Source of the DNA: an uncultured virus (IMG/VR IMGVR_UViG_3300024946_000002)
Taxonomy: Duplodnaviria; Heunggongvirae; Uroviricota; Caudoviricetes
Virus record (IMG/VR): IMGVR_UViG_3300024946_000002
Length of the DNA stretch: 64,000 nucleotides
Reading direction: 5' to 3' (one strand)
Shown here: in pieces, positions 19,991-29,177 of the stretch
Layout: each line of letters opens with the position of its first letter
How positions within the stretch are numbered: position 1 is the first letter of the stretch
Notes under the pieces: model-generated
What the model was told of the DNA's origin: nothing
Seen by the model: only the letters and a program-made list of their open reading frames with translations
Database searches by the model: none
Program-made: the position numbers and the translations under genes

Positions 19991-20168
19991 TATTTTTCAA
20001 CCGTTCTTTTTCCATCTTGATTAACTGGTCTTCATCAATCCAATTCTTAGATTGTTTATAAACTTCGCCATCTGGGCCAGTTACCCTGATTGCCAATTGA
20101 TCCAAGCCAAATGCTTCAATCATTTCTTTAGTAAATTCATTAATACTTTTTTCTTTAAAATTAGTCAT
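19941..20168 (-). CDS. Hypothetical protein
   Basis: MTNFKEKSINEF...; start trimmed to exclude the upstream repeat region. Confidence 0.5.
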   Translation of the reverse strand: MTNFKEKSINEFTKEMIEAFGLDQLAIRVTGPDGEVYKQSKNWIDEDQLIKMEKERLKNNELYKTGGAGSGYRRN

Positions 20169-20175
20169 AAATAGA

Positions 20176-20432
20176 CATGTGCAAGGGTGTGCAATGGTCT
20201 GTGCAGGGGTGTATATATCGTAAACCCGCATAAAATAAGGCGTGTGCAGGGTGTGCAGGGTGTGCATGGGTCGCCCGTGTGCGCACATGTGCACACTGTT
20301 TAAATAAATATGTATTTATTTTCTCGCGCACACGTGTGATAAAAACCCCTGCACACCCTGCATAATTCAATAATGGCGGGGCTTTAACACTGCACAAACC
20401 ATTGCACATACCCTTGCACACCCCTGCACAGT
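20176..20432. repeat. GTGCA/TGCAC iteron cluster, putative replication origin
   Basis: Many GTGTGCA(GG) units on the left and inverted (CC)TGCACAC units on the right around an AT-rich centre; directly downstream of the primase gene. Confidence 0.65.
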
Positions 20433-22840
20433 TACGCATGGTCACCACCACTACGAGCAGAGTTATCATCTAAATCTTTACGAAACTCCATATAACAATC
20501 TGTTAGCCACTTTGCTGGTTGCAAGTCACCCATCTGGAATTTTTCGTGAATTAAATCAACTGGCGGTGCGATCATGCTCATTTGAACTTGATCACCTTCG
20601 TAATGACATGATTTATAAACGCGCGGACGACCTTTTTTCCATCCACGGGTTTTAGAAACAGTACTGATAAATTGAGATGACTCACGTGGCCTAGCTACAC
20701 CATTCCGTCTAGACCATTGCTGGTAAGCTCGATACAAATCTTCGGTGTGGCATGGGATAACCTTCAGGCCTATATCACCGCTTATCCAATCATCCATAAA
20801 GCGCTGCACGCTATCTTTATTGACCTCGATTAGATCCTCTTTTGATTGCGTCATTGGCGGCTTTGTGTGTTCAGTAAAGTCACCTAGATCTAAATTAAGC
20901 AAGTAGTGATGCAATGCAGCGACTCCACCGCTTTTAATCTCTTCATCTACGGACCGATACATCTCATCACCTAGTTTTTCAGGCACCCAGATAACTACAA
21001 AGCGACGATCATCCTTATCCAGTACCAACGGTTGTATTTCATTGGAAAGGAATACAAGATTTACATGATTTCGCTCATCGTGCGCAGCCACATTTTTAGG
21101 GTTAATGCGGATATTTTCACCAGTGATTAACGCCTTAATCTTATTTTTTTGGTGATACAGCTCTTGTCTAGCCATCACCTCATCAGCAATCATGAATAGC
21201 TTGCCAGATGCCCAGTCGTTAAACTTATCATCAAGCTCTGCCTGGCCAACAATACGGTTATATTTTCCGTATATAGCACCATACGCCTCAAAAAATAGAT
21301 TTTTACCTACGCCTTGTGGTCCATGAAAAATAAGCGCCGTGCGCATTTTTGCACCACGGTGCTGAATGGGATAAGCCAACCACTTGAGCACCCACTCATA
21401 GATTTCAGTGCTATTTTTCTTTTCCTCACCGCTGCACAAATATTGCAGCAAATCCAGCAATACATCGCACTTACCTTGCTTAGGTGTTGTAGGCCAGCCC
21501 CCCCACAGATTGCACTTAATATGTCTATCATTCTCAGTTGGATCAAACCCAACCTCAGACAAGCGAACAACCTTACGACCTTTATGTAGCTTCCATTCCT
21601 TCCAGGCATGGTCAACACATATATCCATCACATCTGATTTTGGAATTAGAGCGCTTTCCTGATGGTCGAACATCGTGCCACCAGCGCCATAAATTAGAGA
21701 ATAGCGATCAACTGCATCCTCTACATCTAACAACGGCTTTAACGCACCCCCCGCCCCCACAGATAGAGAGGTGACGCTGGCTGATACATCACTACCCCAG
21801 CCAAGTTGGAGGATAGCTTGCTCAACTTGATGCTGAACAACATGCAAACCCTCTGATACGTGCAAATCATTGAAGTCAGTTATCTTTTTGCGTTCACGGT
21901 CAATGGTGAAAACAGGAGCAATCCAATGACCATCAACCGCAAGTGCTGCAGCTTGTGCACTTGATGTGCCAGCATTGTTTTTACCGTGCTCAGATCCACA
22001 ATATTCGCAATACTCGCCATGGCTCATCAATGTCATTTCGCCGCATGAACCACATTTTTGAATATAGTCGTCGTCTGCGCAGATTAATTGATTGACTCGC
22101 TTGTATCGCTTTTTAAGATTTTGTGCGACTGGCAGCAGGTTATTTGCATTAAATGCTACTGCTACTGGCAATCCAGTTGCTTCATGCAGAGTTGCTGCAG
22201 TGGCATAGCCTTCTGCTACCAGCAATGTTCTACGTGGTGACCCGCCAATAATGTGGTACTTACCACGCATTTCCATGCCTACTGGCCAGAACTCTTTATC
22301 GCGTCCAGTTTTAGCTTTACGTGGATGACCGGCTGGCAAAATAAACTGCAATCCGTAAGTAGCACCGCTATTATCTTGAGCCGGAATAACCATAGCGCCA
22401 GAGTCTGAATAACGCACACCATAGGCGCCTACGTTTTTACGCTTCAGGTATTCAGATTCACCAGTAGCATTTAATTTAAGCCAGGTTGCCTGGGCACGTT
22501 TTGCCGCCCGCATAATTTGACTTTTGCGGTTAGCTTCTGCCTTTTCTCTGTCCTGAGCATACTTAGCTTTAAGCGCTTCTCGTTGGTCATTACTTAACGC
22601 TTGGCGATCGAGGTTGATTTTACGTGCACCGTTATCATTGCCCTGCCAAATACCATAGCTACCAACAATGATCACATCACCATTGTCTTTGGTAAAATCG
22701 TGAAGAAAGTACCAACCCTTTTTCTCGCGTGTGCCATCAACCTTGCAGCGCACCATGCAACCTATAACAAAGCTATCAACATCTAAGCCGATGCTAGTAA
22801 GCTGGTCCAATACTTCTTTCTGGTTAATTGCACCGCTCAT
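20432..22840 (-). CDS. Primase-helicase (TOPRIM plus SF3/D5-like NTPase)
   Basis: VAEGYATA, CADDD, TDFNDLH; Walker A GPQGVGKN; IADE; LSN. Confidence 0.92.
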   Translation of the reverse strand: MSGAINQKEVLDQLTSIGLDVDSFVIGCMVRCKVDGTREKKGWYFLHDFTKDNGDVIIVGSYGIWQGNDNGARKINLDRQALSNDQREALKAKYAQDREKAEANRKSQIMRAAKRAQATWLKLNATGESEYLKRKNVGAYGVRYSDSGAMVIPAQDNSGATYGLQFILPAGHPRKAKTGRDKEFWPVGMEMRGKYHIIGGSPRRTLLVAEGYATAATLHEATGLPVAVAFNANNLLPVAQNLKKRYKRVNQLICADDDYIQKCGSCGEMTLMSHGEYCEYCGSEHGKNNAGTSSAQAAALAVDGHWIAPVFTIDRERKKITDFNDLHVSEGLHVVQHQVEQAILQLGWGSDVSASVTSLSVGAGGALKPLLDVEDAVDRYSLIYGAGGTMFDHQESALIPKSDVMDICVDHAWKEWKLHKGRKVVRLSEVGFDPTENDRHIKCNLWGGWPTTPKQGKCDVLLDLLQYLCSGEEKKNSTEIYEWVLKWLAYPIQHRGAKMRTALIFHGPQGVGKNLFFEAYGAIYGKYNRIVGQAELDDKFNDWASGKLFMIADEVMARQELYHQKNKIKALITGENIRINPKNVAAHDERNHVNLVFLSNEIQPLVLDKDDRRFVVIWVPEKLGDEMYRSVDEEIKSGGVAALHHYLLNLDLGDFTEHTKPPMTQSKEDLIEVNKDSVQRFMDDWISGDIGLKVIPCHTEDLYRAYQQWSRRNGVARPRESSQFISTVSKTRGWKKGRPRVYKSCHYEGDQVQMSMIAPPVDLIHEKFQMGDLQPAKWLTDCYMEFRKDLDDNSARSGGDHA

Positions 22841-23439
22841 TTTATAATTCCTGTTGTAACAGCTTTGATAGCTCGGTCAAATTCAACAACCAGCTCTTTA
22901 CGAATACGCTCTTCAACACGTGAACGAATCAAACGAGTATTGAACATTTGGGGAACATCAATGGTGGACAAAGCTTTAATTGGGAGTCTTGCATCTGACT
23001 GGCGAACAAACACGGTACGGCCTTTATTGCCAATGAATGCACCCGTGATTATTTTCTTTCCACCAGCACGTTTAATTTGAAAATGAAGTTGATTTTGGGT
23101 ACCGGCTTTCTTACGGCGCTTCCCCTCAGCTAGAGTCACTTTCTTTTCCATAAAGCGGATTAAATTAAGAGACCTACCAAATCTACGTGACGCAAATGGA
23201 TCGAGCTGCACAAGCCACTGAGTAAATTTACGACCGGCTCTAGTTAACTTCAATCTACTTGTAACTTCACTTCTTGGAATATTGAACTCTGCTGCAATAG
23301 CACGAGACATTTCTACTTTTGCCTTTGCACCTACTTTATTCAGTGCAGCAGGAATTACCTTCTTCTCAATATCATTTGATAAAGATTTTAATTTTTTGTT
23401 GATAGCTGAAAAGTCAGCTCTGACATTAACCTTAAGCAT
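22837..23439 (-). CDS. Minor tail protein Z-like basic protein
   Basis: AALNK, GAFIGNKGRTVF.R...RLPI motifs. Confidence 0.65.
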   Translation of the reverse strand: MLKVNVRADFSAINKKLKSLSNDIEKKVIPAALNKVGAKAKVEMSRAIAAEFNIPRSEVTSRLKLTRAGRKFTQWLVQLDPFASRRFGRSLNLIRFMEKKVTLAEGKRRKKAGTQNQLHFQIKRAGGKKIITGAFIGNKGRTVFVRQSDARLPIKALSTIDVPQMFNTRLIRSRVEERIRKELVVEFDRAIKAVTTGIIK

Positions 23440-23476
23440 GTTTAGTATGTTCCAACACCGTTTATGTGAGACAAAT

Positions 23477-23520
23477 CACGCTCGTTTCGACCCGTACTTA
23501 TGAAAGTGCCAGAAGGACCC
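23477..23520 (-). other. Candidate cos site (cosQ/cosN-like)
   Basis: GGGTCCT, then TACG-GGTCGAAACGAG-CGTG (12 nt flanked by ACG/CGT), resembling lambda cos. Confidence 0.6.
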
Positions 23521-23638
23521 GTTTCACCCCTAAACTTGGAAGTGTTTACTAAACTTTTAATCATATTGACTACTTTCTCTCATATCCATATACGGGGTGC
23601 GGGGCTACTACTTGTTAAGGTTTAATCTATGCTGCCAA

Positions 23639-24082
23639 TTACGTCACTTTGCTTTCTACAGTGCTTTGAAATGCCAATAGCCTTGCCTGCACACCAGTGA
23701 CCTCATTAGCAATGCGTGTGAATTCTTTTCTATCAATCGAACCATCTGCATAAGCTTTCTGGAACTCTGCAGCTAAGTCGCCCATCTCTTTCATGATCTG
23801 CATGTATGAATCCAGCAAACACATATCACTTTGGTCTGATACATTTGGCAGCTTGAATACGATGGCGTTACACTTATCTGCAAAGTATTGGGCTATCTGA
23901 AGGTTGGTATCTGTGAAGTCACCCATCATCTCTAACTCATCAATGTTGAGATGGTGTGTAGGTGTATTAGGGTTAAGCTTACTTGCCAGCACCTTGTCGC
24001 CACGGCCCATTAAAGAAGCCAAGCCAACAACACCGCCTTTAAATTCGTGCGCGATTCGATACGCTAAATGTGCAATAGTCAA
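23639..24082 (-). CDS. CII-family regulatory protein (phage 186-type)
   Basis: LASKLNPNTPTHHL and ADGSIDRKE motifs; downstream of cro. Confidence 0.82.
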   Translation of the reverse strand: MTIAHLAYRIAHEFKGGVVGLASLMGRGDKVLASKLNPNTPTHHLNIDELEMMGDFTDTNLQIAQYFADKCNAIVFKLPNVSDQSDMCLLDSYMQIMKEMGDLAAEFQKAYADGSIDRKEFTRIANEVTGVQARLLAFQSTVESKVT

Positions 24083-24135
24083 CGTGTAATTCCTTAATAA
24101 GTAACGTGTTTATTGATAGATAAGCTGGACATAAT
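24081..24135 (+). promoter_or_regulatory. Candidate CII-activated establishment promoter
   Basis: AACGTGT at 24081 and 24103 (22-bp period), CATAAT at 24130, pointing toward cI. Confidence 0.5.
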
Positions 24136-24176
24136 TCACCTACATTAATCAGCAATTAACAGTAAAGAGAGTAAAA

Positions 24177-24422
24177 ATGTCACTTGAGAAACGATTAGAA
24201 GCATTAGAAGACGCGCATCGCGCTTTGCATGCCAGGCATGAAGCATTAGCAATGAGTAGCAGGGTTCTTTTGCCCCTACTAAGAATAGACCCATCCTTAA
24301 AGAAACGGCTGATGACAATTGCTTATGACGCGCTAACGGAACATATGGACAACGCGAATATGGACGGCGAATTCCAGCAGATTGCACGTGGCGCGATTGA
24401 TGAAATCTTCTCTGCGATTTAG
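24177..24422 (+). CDS. Hypothetical 81-aa protein opposite to the cro-cII operon
   Basis: Clean ORF with GAGAG RBS filling the cro-cII gap. Confidence 0.65.
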   Translation: MSLEKRLEALEDAHRALHARHEALAMSSRVLLPLLRIDPSLKKRLMTIAYDALTEHMDNANMDGEFQQIARGAIDEIFSAI

Positions 24423-24455
24423 CAATGTATGCTGCAGAACCTCCCCATGGTTGCA

Positions 24456-24719
24456 TCATGCAGCACTCCTTAGATGATCAGGCAATCCGTCATCAGGATG
24501 CGGGTATAGATCAGAGCGAAGCTCATGAGGGGTAACCTGCCAATTAACTGCAGAACATGCACGAATAACATATCTGGCAGGTATGCCTTCAGCAGTCGTA
24601 TTAAGCCATCGCCAAACATGAGCTTGTTTTATTGGGTCTTCATCAGTTGCCAATTTCTCAGCAAGAGCAACTTGACCATCAACTAGTTGAACAATTTTTT
24701 CAAGGAAATATTTTGACAT
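24456..24719 (-). CDS. Cro-like (YdaS family) HTH protein
   Basis: GQVALAE...QAHVWRWL...VTPHELRSDLYP; divergent from the repressor. Confidence 0.87.
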   Translation of the reverse strand: MSKYFLEKIVQLVDGQVALAEKLATDEDPIKQAHVWRWLNTTAEGIPARYVIRACSAVNWQVTPHELRSDLYPHPDDGLPDHLRSAA

Positions 24720-24725
24720 GAGTGA

Positions 24726-24797
24726 AGAATACAACCACAGTTATATTCCTGTCAATAACTTTAGTTGTTTTACAACAAAGAAGATTGATTGTATAAA
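24726..24797. promoter_or_regulatory. Divergent cro/cI promoters with operators
   Basis: Minus TTGACA-N18-TATTCT; plus TTTACA-N17-TATAAA; operators ATACAACCACAGTTATAT and ATAACTTTAGTTGTT recur at 27898-27937. Confidence 0.8.
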
Positions 24798-24801
24798 CTT
24801 G

Positions 24802-25524
24802 ATGATGAACTATGGTGAACGTCTAAAAAAAGCACGACAAAATGCAAAGCTTTCACAAGCTGCATTAGCTGAGAAGGTAAAAATAAGCCAAGCAAACATC
24901 TCAAAACTAGAGATAAGTAATGCTAGTGGCTCAGAATTTACCGCGCAAATCGCTCGCGCTTGTGATGTAAACCCTCATTGGTTGGCAACAGGAGATGGGG
25001 ACATGATAGATAGTTCGTCTAATACCATCCCCTTATTTAGCAGATCAGCAAAGCAAGATGTTGCTGAAAACAAACCTGAACCAATCAACCTTGTCGACAA
25101 CCCAGACTATCCTTCGATTAGAAGAGTCAATCTAAGGCTATCCGCAGGCATTGTGGGCTTTAGTATCGACCATGATATAGACGATAAATCCCCAATTGTC
25201 ATGCAGCGCCAATGGTTTGAATCTCGTGGTTACAATCCATCTAAACTTCTGGCGACAGGGGTTAGGGGCGATAGCATGTCACCAGGAATGAATGATGGTG
25301 ATACTGTTGTAATTAATACAGAGGACACCACCCCTGTTGATGGAATAGCATTTGCAATCAACTACGAGGGTGAGTTAACTGTAAAACGTCTATTTCGTGA
25401 TGCTGGCATATGGTGGCTTTCATCAGACAACCCAGATCAGCGTAAATATCCGCGTAAGCAATGTACTGGTGACTTATGTTTGATTATTGGCAGAATCGTA
25501 CACAAACAAAGTGAAGTGATTTAA
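24802..25524 (+). CDS. CI-like repressor (XRE HTH plus S24 peptidase)
   Basis: LSQAALAEKV HTH; SAG cleavage site; GDSMSP and TVKRL catalytic motifs. Confidence 0.93.
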   Translation: MMNYGERLKKARQNAKLSQAALAEKVKISQANISKLEISNASGSEFTAQIARACDVNPHWLATGDGDMIDSSSNTIPLFSRSAKQDVAENKPEPINLVDNPDYPSIRRVNLRLSAGIVGFSIDHDIDDKSPIVMQRQWFESRGYNPSKLLATGVRGDSMSPGMNDGDTVVINTEDTTPVDGIAFAINYEGELTVKRLFRDAGIWWLSSDNPDQRKYPRKQCTGDLCLIIGRIVHKQSEVI

Positions 25525-25551
25525 TCTGAAGTAAATATACAGGGGAATCTA

Positions 25552-26322
25552 ATGGCTATATCAAAAAAAGTGACTGACAGAATATCGTTGATGCTTAAAA
25601 AATATCAAACTGTACTTAGCGAAGCTAAAGATAGAGACATTAGCGAATCAGATACCGTAGTCATTATCGGCGATATGCTTGCAGACATGTTTGGCTATAA
25701 GAAATACACTGAAATAACTACGGAGTTTGCCATTCGAGGTACTTATTGCGATTTAGCCGTGAAAGTTGATGCAAATGTAAGATTTCTTATCGAAGCAAAA
25801 GCTATTGGCGTTGCGTTAAAAGATAACCACATTAAGCAAGCAATTGATTATGGTGCAAACCATGGGATTGAATGGGTAGTACTAACAAACGGCGTCATTT
25901 GGCAGGTCTATAAAATACACTTCAAGCAACCTATTGATAAGGCGCTCATATTTGAAATAGACATTTTACAAACAAGCCCAAAAAATCAACAAATGCTCGA
26001 GTGCTTTGGAAACCTTAGTCGCGAGGGTTTCACCCAGTCATCAATGACAGCATTCTTCCAGCAACAGCAAGCAACTAACAAATTCTCATTAGCCGCCCTA
26101 CTTACAACAGAACCTATTATTCTAGCTATTACTAAAGAATTGAAAAAATTAGGGGCCGGAAAAACCGAAGCTGAGTTCATCAAAAATACCATTCAGAATG
26201 AAGTGCTAAAGCGAGAGCTAGTAGATAGCGACGAAGCCAAGGCCGCAACAGAATTCTTAAAGAAAAGTGCGAAAGCTGCAGCAAAAGCCAAACCAAAACC
26301 AACGCCTGAAACATCGCAGTAG
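25552..26322 (+). CDS. Stand-alone HsdR N-terminal-like PD-(D/E)XK nuclease
   Basis: SESDT...CDLAV...LIEAKA...QAIDY...VVLTNG.W..Y; no helicase domain and no HsdM/HsdS genes. Confidence 0.8.
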   Translation: MAISKKVTDRISLMLKKYQTVLSEAKDRDISESDTVVIIGDMLADMFGYKKYTEITTEFAIRGTYCDLAVKVDANVRFLIEAKAIGVALKDNHIKQAIDYGANHGIEWVVLTNGVIWQVYKIHFKQPIDKALIFEIDILQTSPKNQQMLECFGNLSREGFTQSSMTAFFQQQQATNKFSLAALLTTEPIILAITKELKKLGAGKTEAEFIKNTIQNEVLKRELVDSDEAKAATEFLKKSAKAAAKAKPKPTPETSQ

Positions 26323-26334
26323 TAAGGAAAATTC

Positions 26335-26526
26335 ATGGACATTTTAAACACAGGATTTGGTATAGCAATTGTATTTTTCTTTGTGGTGTTAGCTCTACTA
26401 TGGTTTTGCTTACCTTTCGCAATATTCGGTACTAAAGCACTTATTGAAGAGTCAATCAGCGAGCAAAAGGCGCTAAGAAAAGCGATAGAAGAGCTCCATC
26501 AAACTATAAAAAACAGCAGTAAATGA
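26335..26526 (+). CDS. Small membrane protein
   Basis: One long hydrophobic helix then a coiled coil; AAGGA RBS. Confidence 0.7.
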   Translation: MDILNTGFGIAIVFFFVVLALLWFCLPFAIFGTKALIEESISEQKALRKAIEELHQTIKNSSK

Positions 26527-26786
26527 AATTTATATTGTTGTTCATTCTTATATTAACGGCAACATCAGCCAATGCCGAATATAAACGTAGCCAAAAGGCC
26601 AAGAACCAGTTCAAACAAGCGCAACCCTGCCCTGTAACTGGACGCAGCAAAGGCTCGTGCCCTGGCTACATAATAGATCACGTTAAGGCATTAGCGTGTG
26701 GCGGTGCAGACCATCCAAGCAATATGCAGTGGCAGACTAAAGCAGATGCTAAGGCTAAAGATAAATGGGAACGCAGAGGATGCTAA
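26523..26786 (+). CDS. HNH-motif protein with N-terminal signal peptide
   Basis: MKFILLFILILTATSANA leader; IDHVKALACGGADHPSNMQW. Confidence 0.75.
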   Translation: MKFILLFILILTATSANAEYKRSQKAKNQFKQAQPCPVTGRSKGSCPGYIIDHVKALACGGADHPSNMQWQTKADAKAKDKWERRGC

Positions 26787-26820
26787 CAGTTAACCAAAAA
26801 ATAAAAATAAAAGGAATAAG

Positions 26821-27789
26821 ATGAATAATTCAGCGCTTGTTTTAAGTACGGTTGATGAGGCAGTCGCAGTTCTTCAAAGGCTAATTAATGAATCAGATTA
26901 TTGTCCAGAAGAAATAAAGTTTGAGGGAAATTTAACCAGCCTAAATATTACTATTAAGGGTAATAAATACAACGGAACATTCCCTGCGACGCTGGCTAAA
27001 CAATTATGGTATCTTCAAGAAGAGTTCTACAGAGCTGTGCTTTTCAGCCTAGGAAGAAGCGAAAATTTAAATAGCCTCACCCCAGCCGAAAAAGAAAAAT
27101 ACCTAATTACTTTTCAAGTAAGTAAAGGCAGCACATCTGTAGATGGTATCATTTCATCTATTATTGAAGGGCTAAACGCAGGGTTTGCGACTATGGAAAG
27201 TAAACACAAGGCGATCACCATAATAACCATAGCATTGATTTTTGCTACTGGGTTCTATGGAGCAGAGGCTTACACGCACAAGCAAGATACAGATTTGGAT
27301 CAAATCAAAGAAAAAATTGAACTGGAAAAAGAGAAAGAAAAAACGAAGCAGTTTGAAATTATCGCTCAGTCAGCATCAGCCAATAAAGAAGCCAAACGAT
27401 TTAGCAAGGCGATGGATAACTCTACTCAGGCAATTTTAAGCGCCATTCCAGATGCTGAAAGTGTAAATATAGGCTATGTACGTTACGATGCAGAAGATAT
27501 TGCAAACGCATCAAAACGCGCACCTAGATCAATGTCAAACTCAGCAATAGTCACTGACGATTACTTTATTTCAACAACTGATTATAGGCACTCTGAGATG
27601 ACAAAATACACACTCAGAGACAGCAAAGGAAAAGAGTTTTCAATTGAAGTAAACCATCTTAGATTTAAAGATGAGAATATCGACAAGCTGCAATCAGCCG
27701 CAAAAGATAGAAAGAAAATCAATTTAACACTAGAACTAACTACTCTTAAAGATAATATTAAGTTAGCTACATTGAACAAAATTAATTAA
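26821..27789 (+). CDS. Hypothetical AT-rich accessory protein with one predicted TM segment
   Basis: 322-aa ORF with AAGGA RBS, followed by a terminator. Confidence 0.75.
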   Translation: MNNSALVLSTVDEAVAVLQRLINESDYCPEEIKFEGNLTSLNITIKGNKYNGTFPATLAKQLWYLQEEFYRAVLFSLGRSENLNSLTPAEKEKYLITFQVSKGSTSVDGIISSIIEGLNAGFATMESKHKAITIITIALIFATGFYGAEAYTHKQDTDLDQIKEKIELEKEKEKTKQFEIIAQSASANKEAKRFSKAMDNSTQAILSAIPDAESVNIGYVRYDAEDIANASKRAPRSMSNSAIVTDDYFISTTDYRHSEMTKYTLRDSKGKEFSIEVNHLRFKDENIDKLQSAAKDRKKINLTLELTTLKDNIKLATLNKIN

Positions 27790-27810
27790 CCTAAAAATAC
27801 ATGAACTACC

Positions 27811-27838
27811 AAACCCGCCTCTGAGCGGGTTTTTTATT
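27811..27838 (+). terminator. Intrinsic terminator closing the cI-accessory operon
   Basis: AAACCCGC-CTCTGA-GCGGGTTT plus T run. Confidence 0.85.
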
Positions 27839-27871
27839 GCCTAAACTCCACAACAATACGTTTATTTTAGA

Positions 27872-27940
27872 AATATTACTCTAGTTATTTTTTAAATATA
27901 ACTTTAGTTGTTGACATTAATATAACTGTGGTTGTATATT
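27872..27940 (+). promoter_or_regulatory. pL-like early promoter with repressor operators
   Basis: TTGACA-N18-TATATT; two operators identical to those at 24729-24769 plus one degenerate copy. Confidence 0.82.
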
Positions 27941-27983
27941 ATTTCAAACGCACCACCTAAACCGTAATTTAGGAGTTTGAAAA

Positions 27984-28184
27984 ATGCCAGCAACAGCAGA
28001 CTTACAAACCGCATTTAACACCTCACAACTCCCTAGGTTGGGCTACACGTTTGAACGCGCCATGCAAAGTAAAGCATTGGTGACTTGTTTAATTAGGCTG
28101 GCACAACGCAAAACACCGCAGCAGCCAATACCGAAAATTTCGCGTGCAAAACCTGCACAAGAATATTGGTACGACAAAATTTAA
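27984..28184 (+). CDS. Hypothetical early protein
   Basis: First ORF after pL, AGGAG RBS. Confidence 0.7.
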   Translation: MPATADLQTAFNTSQLPRLGYTFERAMQSKALVTCLIRLAQRKTPQQPIPKISRAKPAQEYWYDKI

Positions 28185-28192
28185 GGCTAACC

Positions 28193-28375
28193 ATGCAAAC
28201 CATCAATTTACATATTGCAGAAAACACGAACATTCGGACCGTTCAAACATTGATTGATGAGGCCATAGCACTTGGGCTTCGTGTGGTGCATCGTCCAGAA
28301 CGAAACAAAAGCAATGTGGTGTCGCTTGAGGCACGCCGCCAGATGATGGCTAACGTGAGTGCAGAGCGCGCTTAA
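28193..28375 (+). CDS. Hypothetical early protein
   Basis: MQTINLHI...; packed in the operon. Confidence 0.6.
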   Translation: MQTINLHIAENTNIRTVQTLIDEAIALGLRVVHRPERNKSNVVSLEARRQMMANVSAERA

Positions 28376-28377
28376 CC

Positions 28378-28578
28378 ATGAGCAACAACCACCCACTAGA
28401 CGACCTTACATCAAGTGATTTTATCTATCAGGCGCTTAAAAGCATTGTTGCAGCCGTATTTATTTTAACGATCACCTATCTTTTAACGCCTCAATTTTTG
28501 GAGTTATTACATGAAGCTTACATCGGTATTTCTTTTTGGCTGGATGTTGTCATGGATTACACACGGGCGGTTGATTAA
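28378..28578 (+). CDS. Hypothetical membrane protein
   Basis: 66 aa, hydrophobic segment. Confidence 0.55.
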   Translation: MSNNHPLDDLTSSDFIYQALKSIVAAVFILTITYLLTPQFLELLHEAYIGISFWLDVVMDYTRAVD

Positions 28579-28635
28579 ACGCATTAAAGACACGCACTAC
28601 TACGTTACAAAGCGTCCTTACAGCTTAATAGAATC

Positions 28636-28932
28636 ATGGAAACTATCAGGGAGAACAATATGAAATTTAATCCAGCTAATCATAACAAAGCTAAAACTTT
28701 AATCAACAGATTAGAGATAAATACATCTGTATGGATTGCAGATCATCGAACTGGCGAACCGCAAGATTATGTAGCACAGATTATCACCATAGATACAGGC
28801 GCATGCCAGATTCATGAAGATCTAAGCGCTAAACAAGCTCAAGATTTAATCAACATGCTTAATCAACATATTGAGTACATCAAAGAGGCTGAATTAGAAC
28901 TACTAGCCTTACAGACAAAGGCAGCAGCATGA
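28636..28932 (+). CDS. Hypothetical protein
   Basis: ORF in early operon; start may be ATG 28660 after GGAGA. Confidence 0.6.
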   Translation: METIRENNMKFNPANHNKAKTLINRLEINTSVWIADHRTGEPQDYVAQIITIDTGACQIHEDLSAKQAQDLINMLNQHIEYIKEAELELLALQTKAAA

Positions 28933-29177
28933 CCGCATTAATCATCTTTGGCAGCACGTTTATTTTAGTGTTTGCACTGGGTTTTCAGAGCTTAAACGTA
29001 AATAACGGCCACTACAAAGCTGCTTTTTTAACTAGCTTTGCTATATCTGGCGCCAATCTAGTTTTATTTAAAACAGTGCCTGAAGCTGGTTTTTATGAAA
29101 TTACCGCCTACTTGACCTCTGGCCCATTTGCGATTGTTGCAAGCATGTTGGCTCACAGAAAGTGGGTGCGTAAATGA
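28929..29177 (+). CDS. Small multi-pass membrane protein
   Basis: 82 aa, three hydrophobic stretches; ATGA overlap with the upstream gene. Confidence 0.65.
   Translation: MTALIIFGSTFILVFALGFQSLNVNNGHYKAAFLTSFAISGANLVLFKTVPEAGFYEITAYLTSGPFAIVASMLAHRKWVRK

Noticed and set aside
20161..20469. 102-aa Cys-rich ORF and the His/Pro-rich 5' extension of 19941..20294
   Set aside because: Composition is explained by translating the TGCAC repeat array
24718..24801. N-terminal extension of CI given in the ORF track
   Set aside because: It runs through the operator and promoter region; the HTH starts near 24802-24805
25552..26322. Complete type I restriction-modification system
   Set aside because: No motor domain, HsdM or HsdS
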